A stretch of DNA of 64,000 nucleotides. Source: Acidimicrobiia bacterium. GTDB lineage: Bacteria > Actinomycetota > Acidimicrobiia > Spongiisociales > UBA11373. The position numbers were made by a program, and so were the translations under genes. The stretch spans positions 1,789,469 through 1,853,468 of the forward strand of contig CP129495.1 in assembly GCA_030584185.1 (NCBI GenBank), given 5' to 3'. The notes under the pieces are model-generated. The model was not told where the DNA came from. It worked only from the letters and a program-made list of their open reading frames with translations, and did not search any database. Shown here one piece after another: positions 28,368 through 37,713 of this stretch; the stretch's first letter is position 1, and each line of letters opens with the position of its first letter.

Positions 28368-29154
28368 CGAAGTCGCTCCGGACGAGGGCAACGCCGCAAG
28401 ATCTTCGAGCGAATCGAAAACCGCCTACAGCCCTTCGGTGGTGATGCGGTTGAATCGCTCTCTGAGCCCAGTGTTCGGCCTGTGCCGGTCTTTCTGGTTC
28501 AACTCGAGGATCCGGATTCCTGAACGGGAGACCCTCGTGGCCGATTGGTCGACTGCGCTCGACACCAAGGAGGCTCAGGCCAGGCGAGCCGTCACAATCG
28601 GACGCGCCTACGACGACGCGGTAACCAGAGGTATCCGCGTCGAGGCAAAGGCAGTCGGCCTCCTCCAGGTCATTGCGATCGCCTTCGCCGTGGTCACCCT
28701 CGTGTTGAGTCGGCAGGACCTCGTGATCCGCGGTGTAGCGCTAGCAGCGCTCGTCTTTCTCACCTCAGCCACGTGGGGCGCACTGGAGGCACTCCGCGCT
28801 CGACCGCGACCGCAGGCCCTGGTGCGGACTGCGCTAACAGCCTCCGACGGACTCGTGGAGACAGCGGCCGCGGCCGAGCAACTCGAGTCCCTTCACCTGT
28901 ACTCATCCAACTTCCTCGCGGGCGTGGTACGAGATCTGGCCGTCGGTGGAGCAATCGCCCTACTGGCGTTGGTACTCGTCGGACTTGGGAGAGGAGATGC
29001 GGAACCCGTGCCGCTGCCAGCACAGACGACGACGATTCCAACCTCTACGACGGAGGCCGGTGCTCTTGGCGGCGACCATGGCGAGGTCGGCCAGCTCGGC
29101 CCCCTGGAACTCGCCGGAGAGGCTCAACCCGTGTTGGCGGTCACGGTTCGGTGA
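28360..29154 (+). CDS. hypothetical membrane protein
   Basis: GTG start overlapping the ATP-grasp stop; about 3 TM helices. Confidence 0.45.
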   Translation: MTDEVAPDEGNAARSSSESKTAYSPSVVMRLNRSLSPVFGLCRSFWFNSRIRIPERETLVADWSTALDTKEAQARRAVTIGRAYDDAVTRGIRVEAKAVGLLQVIAIAFAVVTLVLSRQDLVIRGVALAALVFLTSATWGALEALRARPRPQALVRTALTASDGLVETAAAAEQLESLHLYSSNFLAGVVRDLAVGGAIALLALVLVGLGRGDAEPVPLPAQTTTIPTSTTEAGALGGDHGEVGQLGPLELAGEAQPVLAVTVR

Positions 29155-29486
29155 GCCACGACCAGACGAACTCGCAACGCCATGATCTCCATCCAGGTGA
29201 TGGGCCGTAGGATTCGGTGCCCCGCGTGACAGGTCCATTCGACATGGCTCATGGGTTGAACGAGTTCTCAATCGCCGGAAAGCGCTACCTGCTCGTCGGT
29301 GTTTCCGCCAGCCACCTTGCGGGTCTCGCCGGTGGCGACGTGCCGGGGCGTGGCGCACTGGCGGAATGGCGCACCGGGGTGGAACCCTGGGCCGCCTCGT
29401 ACAATCTCGATTCGCTCCGGGATCCGATCTGGAACCTGAACCTCCCCGGGTTTCTTGGAGGCTCCGACCTTTGGGAGGATGGAGCC

Positions 29487-29813
29487 ATGACACGGAGACA
29501 GCAGGGGAAGTATCCGAACGAGGTGCGCCGTCGGACGGTGCGTCTGGTGTTGGAGCATCGTGACGAGTACGCCTCGGAGTGGGCGGCGATCACGTCGATA
29601 GCGGCCAAGTCGGGGATGACGGCTGAGACGTTGCGCAAGTGGGTGCGCCAGGTCGAGGTCGATGAGGGCCGGCGGCCGGGGGTGACGTCGGAGGAGTCGG
29701 TGCGGGTCCGGGAGCTGCAGCGCGAGAACCGGGAGCTGCGTCGGGCGAATGAGATCCTCAAGGCGGCGTCGGCTTTCTTCGCGGCGGAGCTCGACCGCCC
29801 ACAGCAGAGATGA
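29487..29813 (+). CDS. IS3-family transposase OrfA (HTH)
   Basis: '[21 protein letters not shown]' plus leucine-zipper region; RBS GGAGG. Confidence 0.85.
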   Translation: MTRRQQGKYPNEVRRRTVRLVLEHRDEYASEWAAITSIAAKSGMTAETLRKWVRQVEVDEGRRPGVTSEESVRVRELQRENRELRRANEILKAASAFFAAELDRPQQR

Positions 29814-30721
29814 TCGGGTTCATCGACGCTCACAAGGGGCGTCGCACTGAGGGTCTTGTTTGGGGAGTCGAGCCGATCTGCGCGGTGTTGCCGATCGCTT
29901 CTCAGACCTACTACGCGGCCCGGTCCCGGCCGGCTTCGGCGAGACGGCTGCGCGACGAGGCCCTCGAGGCCGAGGTGCTGCGGGTATGGGAGCAGAACTA
30001 CTCGGTGTATGGGGCCCCGAAGATCTGGGCGCAGCTGAACCGAGAAGGCATCATCGTGGCCCGTTGCACGGTGGAGCGTCTCATGCGCCGGTTGGGTATT
30101 CGCGGCGCCATCCGTGGCGGAGGACCCCGGACCACGAGAAGCGACCCGGCCGATGAGCGTCCCGCCGACCTGGTGGATCGGGACTTCACCGCCGAGGCTC
30201 CCGACACCAAGTGGGTGGCGGACTTCACCTATGTGCGCACCCGTTCGGGGTTCGTGTATGCGGCGTTTGTCATCGACTGCTACGCACGAGCCATCGTGGG
30301 CTGGAACGTGGCGCGGCGCATGACCACCGACCTGGTACTCACCGCACTCGAACAGGCCATCTGGGACCGACTCGGAGCCGGCGTCGTGGCCGGTCTCGTC
30401 TGCCACACCGACGCCGGAGCGCAGTACTTGTCGATTCGTCACACCGAACGACTCGCTCAAGCCGGCATCGACCCGTCGGTGGGATCCATCGGCGACAGCT
30501 ATGACAATGCCCTGGCGGAGTCGATCATCGGGCTCTACAAGACCGAGCTCGTCTCGAACCTAGGACCCTGGCACGGCTGCGACGATCTCGAACTCGAGAC
30601 CCTGCTCTGGGTCGACTGGTGGAACCACCGTCGACTCATGGGCACCTCCACCCCCGACGAAAAGGAGGCCACCTACTACCTTCAGAACACCACCATCGAA
30701 GCGATGACACTCAAGACATGA
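29810..30721 (+). CDS. IS3-family transposase OrfB (DDE integrase core)
   Basis: DDE residues in 'VADFTYV', 'HTDAGAQY', 'YKTE'; ATG overlaps the orfA stop (ATGA), in the -1 frame. Confidence 0.85.
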   Translation: MIGFIDAHKGRRTEGLVWGVEPICAVLPIASQTYYAARSRPASARRLRDEALEAEVLRVWEQNYSVYGAPKIWAQLNREGIIVARCTVERLMRRLGIRGAIRGGGPRTTRSDPADERPADLVDRDFTAEAPDTKWVADFTYVRTRSGFVYAAFVIDCYARAIVGWNVARRMTTDLVLTALEQAIWDRLGAGVVAGLVCHTDAGAQYLSIRHTERLAQAGIDPSVGSIGDSYDNALAESIIGLYKTELVSNLGPWHGCDDLELETLLWVDWWNHRRLMGTSTPDEKEATYYLQNTTIEAMTLKT

Positions 30722-30770
30722 AGCCTCTACCAAACCCGGGGAGGTTCATCGAGGCTCGGCAGTGCCCACC

Positions 30771-30930
30771 CCTCCGATTCCCCTCCATCGCACATCCATC
30801 GCACAAGAGAGTGTGATGGGACGGTGGAGAACGCGAAATGACGCGAACCAAGAACGCCGTCTGAGCAGGCATTTCGCCCGTTTCCCCAGGTCGGCGGCTA
30901 ACCCGGACTCGGGCTCATAATTCGAAGAGG
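30771..30930. repeat. ~130-nt island-boundary repeat (copy 2) ending in a degenerate tRNA-Met fragment (30903-30920)
   Basis: about 80% identical to 59101-59240; contains hairpin CCATCGCACAAGAGAGTGTGATGG. Confidence 0.65.
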
Positions 30931-30941
30931 TGCTGTTGGGG

Positions 30942-31280
30942 TCACCCGGCTGCGCGGGGCGCGTACATGATGACGGCGACACCGATGAGACAGATGCCCG
31001 CTCCGATGATGTCGTATCGGTCGGGCCGGAATCCGTCGAAGATGATCCCCCAGGCGAGGCTGCCAGCGACGAAGACTCCGCCGTAGGCGGCAAGGATCCG
31101 CCCGAAGTGGGGGCTGGGCTGGAGGGTGGCGACGAACCCGTACAGGCCGAGAGCGATCACGCCGGCCCCGACGAACACGAGGCCCCGTTTCTCGCGCACT
31201 CCCTGCCAGACGAGCCAGGCACCGCCAATCTCGGCGATGGCGGCGAGGACGAACAGGCCAATAGAGGTGAGGACGGTCAT
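30942..31280 (-). CDS. ynfA: YnfA/UPF0060 family small membrane protein
   Basis: 4-TM 112-aa protein ending '[20 protein letters not shown]'. Confidence 0.7.
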   Translation of the reverse strand: MTVLTSIGLFVLAAIAEIGGAWLVWQGVREKRGLVFVGAGVIALGLYGFVATLQPSPHFGRILAAYGGVFVAGSLAWGIIFDGFRPDRYDIIGAGICLIGVAVIMYAPRAAG

Positions 31281-31497
31281 GATGTCGACTCTATGGTCGG
31301 GGCATCCTGTGCGTTCTGTTTAGATCATTTCGGGGGATTGGCCGTCGAGTAGGCTTTGTGCGTCCTCTCTGAGGACTACTCCGAGCAGGTTCCCTTGTGG
31401 TGTTGCGGCGATGACCATTTGTGTCGGACGGGGCTCCATCCGTTGCACAAGCTTGTCGAGGGCACCGTTTGGTCCTCCGGTATCTTGGAGGACGACG

Positions 31498-31836
31498 TCA
31501 CCTGTCGAGCCGGTAGTTGGGGCACAGCTCGATCTTCTGACCTGATAGGGCCAGCAGCTCTTCGGCGGACCGTAACGCTGCCACCACTTCGGGGGCGGAG
31601 ATCCGGTAGAAGATTTGTCGCCCTTCGGGGCGGTCATCCACTAGCCCACAGTCCTTGAGGCAGGCCACATGTCCCGAGATGTTCGACTGTGATCCGCCCA
31701 GCCGGTCGACTAGGTCCTTGACCCGCAGTTCGCCCGCTTCGGCTAGTTCTTCGAGGATTGACAGACGTGTCGGGTCGCCAAAGCCCCGGAACAGTTTCGC
31801 GGCGAGCTGCACTTCCATCCTGGTCTCAACACCCAC
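31498..31836 (-). CDS. ArsR/SmtB family metalloregulator
   Basis: 'FGDPTRLSILEELAEAGELRVKDLVDRLGGSQSNISGHVACLKDCGLV' wHTH. Confidence 0.8.
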   Translation of the reverse strand: MGVETRMEVQLAAKLFRGFGDPTRLSILEELAEAGELRVKDLVDRLGGSQSNISGHVACLKDCGLVDDRPEGRQIFYRISAPEVVAALRSAEELLALSGQKIELCPNYRLDR

Positions 31837-31996
31837 GGTGTGACGTCTCCTCTTCTGAACGGCCGGGAGCGATAATAGCTGTGGTCGGCGATATCGGGCT
31901 GGGCTGCGTGTCCACTCTCTGTTGTCGAATGCGACTCGGTGGCATCTGCCTACACATTGCTGAGAGCCTTGATTGATGCGGGTTCAGAGGTCGGCT

Positions 31997-33964
31997 TCAT
32001 AAGTGTGACTCGTGATGGGTTGGTGGGGGTGGGGCCGGGTTTCGGGCGCGGAGTCCGTTGAGGACGGCGATGATTTCGGAGACTTCGTGGACGAGAACGG
32101 CTCCGGCGATGGAGAGCCACCCGGTGACGGCGGATGGTATGAGGACTGCGAGGATGAGCACGGAGAACACGATGTTCTGACGGCTGATGTGCCGCGTTTT
32201 GCGTCCGAGGGCTACGGCGTATGGAAGGGTGCGGAGGTCGTCTCCCATCAGTGCCACGTCGGCGGCTTCGATGGCGGCGTCGGTGCCGGCCGTTCCCATG
32301 GCGATCCCGACGGTGGCGGTCGCCAGGGCGGGTGCGTCGTTGATTCCGTCGCCAACCATCGCCACTGGGCCGAGGGTGGTCTGTAGTTCGGTGACGGCCC
32401 GGCTCTTGTCGGCTGGTTTCAGTTCGGCGCGGACCTGGTCGATGCCGAGATGACCGGCGATGGCGGCGGCGGTGCGGGTGTTGTCGCCGGTGAGCATCAC
32501 GATGTCGCGGATCCCGCTGTGGTGGAGACCCTGTATGGCTTGGGGTGCCTCGGGGCGGTATTCGTCGCGGAGGGCGACGAGGCCGATCACCTGGTCGGGG
32601 TGCCCGACCAGGACCACGGTCTTGCCTTCTTCTTGCAGCCCATCGATGATCCCGCGTTTGTCTTCGATGGCGGCTCCAATGTCTGCGAACAGGGTGGCAC
32701 TGCCCACGTAGACGTCCTTTCCGTTGAGTTGGGCGCGGGCGCCGGCGCCGGTGAGGGCTTCGAAGGTGTCGGCCCGGCGCACCACGATGCCGTCGGCTTC
32801 GGCCCGCCGCACGATGGCTTGGGCCAGGGGATGTTCCGAGGAGGCCTCCACCGCGGCCGCGACGCGCAGCAACTCTTCTGGGTCGCTTGTGGCGAATGGG
32901 ATCAGGTCGGTGACTTGGGGTGTCCCCCGGGTCAGGGTGCCGGTCTTGTCCATCGCCAGAACATGGACCAGGCCCAGGTTCTCGAGGTGGATCCCTCCTT
33001 TGATTAGCACCCCTCGCTTGCCGGCGGAACCGATTGCTGCGGCGACCGCGACCGGGGTGGACATGACCAAGGCACAGGGGGCGCCGGCCACCGCCAGGGT
33101 GACGGCCCGCCGAACCCACACCGACGGGTCACCACCAAGCAGCGTCGGCACTACCGCCAGCAGGGCGGCGCCGGCGAGGATGGCGGGGCTGTAGTAGGCG
33201 CCGAAACGGTCGATGAGCCGTTGTGTCTGGGTCTTTTCCTCTTGGGCTTCATCGACCAGGTGGATGATTTGGGACAGGGTGTTGTCGGCGAATGTCCGGG
33301 TCACGGTGACCTCGACCGCTCCGGTCAGGTTCAGTGTGCCGGCGAACACGTCGCTACCGGGTCCCTTCTCCACCGGTACCGATTCGCCGGTTACCGGGGA
33401 TTCGTCCAGGCTCGTTGCACCGGAGAGGATCGTTCCGTCGGTGGCCAGGCTCTCACCTGGTCGCACCAGCATCACATCGCCAACGGCGAGCTCTTCTGCG
33501 GGCACGATGGTCTCGACACCGTTGCGGACCACGGTGGCTTCCTTGGGGGCCAGGTCGAGCAACGCTCGGATCGCGCCTCGGGTGCGGTCGTAGGTGAACT
33601 CTTCCAGACCCTCGGCGGCCCCGTACAGGAACGCCAAGAACGCGGCCTCCTCCCACAGACCCAACGCGGCAGAGCCAACGGTGGCGACTGCCATCAGCAC
33701 GTCGATGTTGACCCGGGGTCTGGCAATCGCCTCGACCGCCTCGCGGCCCCAATGCGACGCCCCCAACAACGCAGCCACCACATACAGGCCGATCGCGATT
33801 CCCACCGGGATGACCTCGATGCGCTCCAGCACAAACGCCGTCGCCAGTACCAGACCAGAGATCAGAGCGTTGCGCAACGGCGGGAAGGCCCACCACCGAC
33901 CCCGATACGGCTCCTCGTGCTCTGCGGTGTCGTCGTGTCCGGCTGCGTCCGGTTGCGTCATCAC
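31997..33964 (-). CDS. heavy-metal P1B-type ATPase (Zn/Co/Cd-type, P1B-4-like; no N-terminal metal-binding domain)
   Basis: [21 protein letters not shown]; TM4 'APC' motif; TM6 'HEVSE'. Confidence 0.8.
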   Translation of the reverse strand: MMTQPDAAGHDDTAEHEEPYRGRWWAFPPLRNALISGLVLATAFVLERIEVIPVGIAIGLYVVAALLGASHWGREAVEAIARPRVNIDVLMAVATVGSAALGLWEEAAFLAFLYGAAEGLEEFTYDRTRGAIRALLDLAPKEATVVRNGVETIVPAEELAVGDVMLVRPGESLATDGTILSGATSLDESPVTGESVPVEKGPGSDVFAGTLNLTGAVEVTVTRTFADNTLSQIIHLVDEAQEEKTQTQRLIDRFGAYYSPAILAGAALLAVVPTLLGGDPSVWVRRAVTLAVAGAPCALVMSTPVAVAAAIGSAGKRGVLIKGGIHLENLGLVHVLAMDKTGTLTRGTPQVTDLIPFATSDPEELLRVAAAVEASSEHPLAQAIVRRAEADGIVVRRADTFEALTGAGARAQLNGKDVYVGSATLFADIGAAIEDKRGIIDGLQEEGKTVVLVGHPDQVIGLVALRDEYRPEAPQAIQGLHHSGIRDIVMLTGDNTRTAAAIAGHLGIDQVRAELKPADKSRAVTELQTTLGPVAMVGDGINDAPALATATVGIAMGTAGTDAAIEAADVALMGDDLRTLPYAVALGRKTRHISRQNIVFSVLILAVLIPSAVTGWLSIAGAVLVHEVSEIIAVLNGLRARNPAPPPPTHHESHL

Positions 33965-34323
33965 GTGGTCCTCGCCGATCGGCTCGCCAATATCAAACTG
34001 TCAGAAGCGATGATATCGGAAACTGCCGAACAATCGTGTCCTTCGCCGGACCGCCAGGGGCGAGATCGTCGACGGAGCGGAAGGGGAGTACGCCGACTCG
34101 ACTCCGCTACTTCGGACCCGACCACGGCGCCAAGTTCCGCGACCACGCCAATGCCAACTTCAAAGGCATGGCCCGCATCAGGGTCAAACCCGACTGGGTC
34201 GAACTCATCGACCTTCAAACCGATATCCCAGCACCTAATGAGGCCCAGAAGCCAGGGTCGGCCGAGAGGATATCCGAATATCTGAGCTTGTATTCAGATG
34301 TTCGAAGTCATACTCTGGACAAG

Positions 34324-34680
34324 GTGGAATCTCGAGCTCCCGACTCTCATGGGCATGGCCCCCTGCCGGAAAGGCTGTTGGGTCTGGATGAGGCGCAACA
34401 CCTCGCTGAGCGGTTCAAGCTGTTGGCGGATCCGAGCCGGCTGCGGATGATCTACGCGCTCTTGGAGGCGGGGGAGGTGTGTGTCAGCGACCTGGCCCGC
34501 CTGGTGGAGGTGAGCGAGTCGGCCACCAGCCACCAGCTTCGGCAGCTGCGGTTGGCGGGGCTGGTCCGGGCCCGCAAGCAGGGCAGGGAGGTGTTCTATC
34601 GGGTGGCCGACACCCACGTGCGGCTTCTTCTGGATGTGGCGGTCGAGCACTACCTCCACGGCCACGGCACAGACAGATGA
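34324..34680 (+). CDS. ArsR/SmtB family metalloregulator
   Basis: 'LADPSRLRMIYALLEAGEVCVSDLARLVEVSESATSHQLRQLRLAGLV'; the start is uncertain (GTG near 34324; the track ORF begins at 34036). Confidence 0.7.
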   Translation: MESRAPDSHGHGPLPERLLGLDEAQHLAERFKLLADPSRLRMIYALLEAGEVCVSDLARLVEVSESATSHQLRQLRLAGLVRARKQGREVFYRVADTHVRLLLDVAVEHYLHGHGTDR

Positions 34681-35579
34681 CCGCGGCTCACACCCATGTG
34701 CCCCGGGCGGGGCGTCGTCATCTCCGACCACTCGCCATCGCCTTCGGGCTGGTAGTCGTGTTCATGGTGGTCGAAGCCGTGGCCGGGTTCCTCACCGGGT
34801 CGTTGGCGTTGGTCTCCGACGCCGGGCACATGGCAACCGACGCACTCGGCCTTGGTATGGCGTTGGCGGCGATCGTCGCCGCCGACCGGACTTCAGCAGG
34901 GAACGGACGCACCTACGGTCTCTACCGGTTGGAGATCCTCGCCGCACTGGCCAACGCGGTGCTGCTGTTCGCCGTCGCCGGGTACGTCCTCTACGAGGCC
35001 GTCCAGCGCTTTCGGGAGCCGCCCGATGTAGCGACTGTGCCGATGCTGGCAGTGGCGGTCGCCGGGCTCGTCGTCAACATCATCGGATGGCGGCTCCTCC
35101 GCACCGGTGCCCAAGAGTCGCTCAACGTCAAGGGCGCCTACCTCGAGGTGCTGGCCGACCTAGCAGGGTCGGTCGGAGTCATCGCCGCCGCGCTGATCAT
35201 GATCTCCACCGGCTGGGCATACGCCGATCCGCTCTTCGCTGCTCTCATCGGCCTCTTCATCCTTCCCCGGGCCTGGCGGCTCGGACACCAAGCCCTCCGC
35301 ATCCTCGTCCAGGCTGCACCGCCCGGCCTCGATCTCGACCGGCTCCAATCCGAACTCGGCTCAATCCCAGGAGTGGTCGACGTGCACGACCTCCACGTGT
35401 GGACACTCACCTCCGAGATGGATGTCGCCACCGTCCACCTCATGACTACCGCCACCACAGATCCCCACTCGGTTCTCGACCAAGCCCGCGGCCTCCTTCA
35501 AGACGACTACCGGATCGACCACGCCACCCTCCAGGTGGAACCCGACACCCATCAAGGCTGCTCCGAAGTCAGCTGGTAG
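34677..35579 (+). CDS. cation diffusion facilitator (CzcD-like) efflux protein
   Basis: ATG overlaps the arsR stop; 'GSLALVSDAGHMATD', 6 TM, C-terminal 'DVHDLHVW'. Confidence 0.85.
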   Translation: MTAAHTHVPRAGRRHLRPLAIAFGLVVVFMVVEAVAGFLTGSLALVSDAGHMATDALGLGMALAAIVAADRTSAGNGRTYGLYRLEILAALANAVLLFAVAGYVLYEAVQRFREPPDVATVPMLAVAVAGLVVNIIGWRLLRTGAQESLNVKGAYLEVLADLAGSVGVIAAALIMISTGWAYADPLFAALIGLFILPRAWRLGHQALRILVQAAPPGLDLDRLQSELGSIPGVVDVHDLHVWTLTSEMDVATVHLMTTATTDPHSVLDQARGLLQDDYRIDHATLQVEPDTHQGCSEVSW

Positions 35580-35798
35580 AGGGGGGCGAAACACACGGAC
35601 CCTGATTGGGCAGGCGAACCTTGGCTATCAGTCGTGGTTGCCTTGCAGGCCTCTCTGCCTTCTCGAAGCACCAGATAGGCGATGCCCAGCGCGGCTATGG
35701 GATCGGCCCACAACCAGCCGAGCGTCGTTTTGAGAACCAACCGTCCCGGGAGGACCGCGGACAGCCAGGCGCAAAGAAACGTCTCGGCCGAGTCGGCG

Positions 35799-36401
35799 TC
35801 AGGGTCGCTCCTCGATCAGTTCGGTGTCGGGTCGGAAGGTCGACCAGGAGAACCAAAAGGTCCTGAGGTGGGTGATCGGCTCCAGAGTCTCACCGGTGAG
35901 AGGGCCGTCTGTGGCTTCACCGAGAATGTTCCAGGTGCTGCCGGTCTCCTCGTCGATGAAGCTGTCGCCTTCTGCCTGGAAGGTGAGCGTCTGGTCCTCG
36001 ACGACGGGCGAGAAGACTCCTACGGTTCCCACTTCGCGTCCGCTCGCCACCGATGAGGTTTCGAGGGCGGACGCTTGTCCGGGCTTCCAGAATATGACGA
36101 TCGGTTCACCGGCGAACTCGCCGACCGTCACGGTGGCCGTGTCTTCGTCTTCCCGGAGCGAGTCGAGGGTCCAAGCGACAGCGTCGTCTCCTTTCTCCAT
36201 CGCCACCACTCGTTGCATTGCCTTCGCCCGCACGTCGACGTCACCGCGGAAGAGGAAGGGTTGGCCGTCGGGGTCGTCGAGCCCGGTGTATGGGTTGGTT
36301 CCGTAGGCCCGTTGAGCTCCGGTGCGGTTTCTGTCGAGGACCTTGGCATCGGGTTTCGACTCTTTGAAGTCGCCCCAGGCGACCATTCCCGATGGGATGA
36401 A
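35799..36401 (-). pseudogene. DUF3179-family gene fragment, 5' end lost at the IS insertion
   Basis: reading frame continues up to the IS left end at 36402 with no N-terminal region. Confidence 0.5.
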
Positions 36402-36428
36402 TGAACCTCCCCGGGTTTGGTAGAGGCT

Positions 36429-37340
36429 TCATGTCTTGAGTGTCATCGCTTCGATGGTGGTGTTCTGAAGGTAGTAGGTGGCCTCCTTCTCGGTGGGGGT
36501 GGAGGTGCCCATGAGTCGACGGTGGTTCCACCAGTCGACCCAGAGCAGGGTCTCGAGTTCGAGATCGTCGCAGCCGTGCCAGGGTCCTAGGTTCGAGACG
36601 AGCTCGGTCTTGTAGAGCCCGATGATCGACTCCGCCAGGGCATTGTCATAGCTGTCGCCGATGGATCCCACCGACGGGTCGATGCCGGCTTGAGCGAGTC
36701 GTTCGGTGTGACGAATCGACAAGTACTGCGCTCCGGCGTCGGTGTGGCAGACGAGACCGGCCACGACGCCGGCTCCGAGTCGGTCCCAGATGGCCTGTTC
36801 GAGTGCGGTGAGTACCAGGTCGGTGGTCATGCGCCGCGCCACGTTCCAGCCCACGATGGCTCGTGCGTAGCAGTCGATGACAAACGCCGCATACACGAAC
36901 CCCGAACGGGTGCGCACATAGGTGAAGTCCGCCACCCACTTGGTGTCGGGAGCCTCGGCGGTGAAGTCCCGATCCACCAGGTCGGCGGGACGCTCATCGG
37001 CCGGGTCGCTTCTCGTGGTCCGGGGTCCTCCGCCACGGATGGCGCCGCGAATACCCAACCGGCGCATGAGACGCTCCACCGTGCAACGGGCCACGATGAT
37101 GCCTTCTCGGTTCAGCTGCGCCCAGATCTTCGGGGCCCCATACACCGAGTAGTTCTGCTCCCATACCCGCAGCACCTCGGCCTCGAGGGCCTCGTCGCGC
37201 AGCCGTCTCGCCGAAGCCGGCCGGGACCGGGCCGCGTAGTAGGTCTGAGAAGCGATCGGCAACACCGCGCAGATCGGCTCGACTCCCCAAACAAGACCCT
37301 CAGTGCGACGCCCCTTGTGAGCGTCGATGAACCCGATCAT
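36429..37340 (-). CDS. IS3-family transposase OrfB
   Basis: 303-aa protein identical to 29810..30721. Confidence 0.85.
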   Translation of the reverse strand: MIGFIDAHKGRRTEGLVWGVEPICAVLPIASQTYYAARSRPASARRLRDEALEAEVLRVWEQNYSVYGAPKIWAQLNREGIIVARCTVERLMRRLGIRGAIRGGGPRTTRSDPADERPADLVDRDFTAEAPDTKWVADFTYVRTRSGFVYAAFVIDCYARAIVGWNVARRMTTDLVLTALEQAIWDRLGAGVVAGLVCHTDAGAQYLSIRHTERLAQAGIDPSVGSIGDSYDNALAESIIGLYKTELVSNLGPWHGCDDLELETLLWVDWWNHRRLMGTSTPTEKEATYYLQNTTIEAMTLKT

Positions 37341-37663
37341 CTCTGCTGTGGGCGGTCGAGCTCCGCCGCGAAGAAAGCCGACGCCGCCTTGAGGATCTCA
37401 TTCGCCCGACGCAGCTCCCGGTTCTCGCGCTGCAGCTCCCGGACCCGCACCGACTCCTCCGACGTCACCCCCGGCCGCCGGCCCTCATCGACCTCGGCCT
37501 GGCGCACCCACTTGCGCAACGTCTCAGCCGTCATCCCCGACTTGGCCGCTATCGACGTGATCGCCGCCCACTCCGAGGCGTACTCGTCACGATGCTCCAA
37601 CACCAGACGCACCGTCCGACGGCGCACCTCGTTCGGGTACTTCCCCTGCTGTCTCCGTGTCAT
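37337..37663 (-). CDS. IS3-family transposase OrfA
   Basis: identical to copy 1 orfA. Confidence 0.8.
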   Translation of the reverse strand: MTRRQQGKYPNEVRRRTVRLVLEHRDEYASEWAAITSIAAKSGMTAETLRKWVRQAEVDEGRRPGVTSEESVRVRELQRENRELRRANEILKAASAFFAAELDRPQQR

Positions 37664-37713
37664 GGCTCCATCCTCCCAAAGGTCGGAGCCTCCAAGAAAC
37701 CCGGGGAGGTTCA

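Larger units (their letters stand above)
29437..30748 (+). mobile_element. IS3-family insertion sequence, copy 1 (1312 bp)
   Basis: 14-bp terminal inverted repeats TGAACCTCCCCGGG / CCCGGGGAGGTTCA; identical to the copy at 36402-37713. Confidence 0.85.
36402..37713 (-). mobile_element. IS3-family insertion sequence, copy 2 (inverted, identical)
   Basis: identical orfA/orfB proteins to copy 1; same 14-bp IRs. Confidence 0.85.

Noticed and set aside
29217-29486. 198-aa ORF extending orfA upstream beyond the IS left end
   Set aside because: The in-frame extension crosses the IS terminal repeat at 29437. The ATG at 29487 with a GGAGG RBS is the plausible start.
31320-31637. 105-aa minus-strand ORF overlapping arsR
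   Set aside because: It overlaps the well-supported ArsR gene in another frame and has no motifs.
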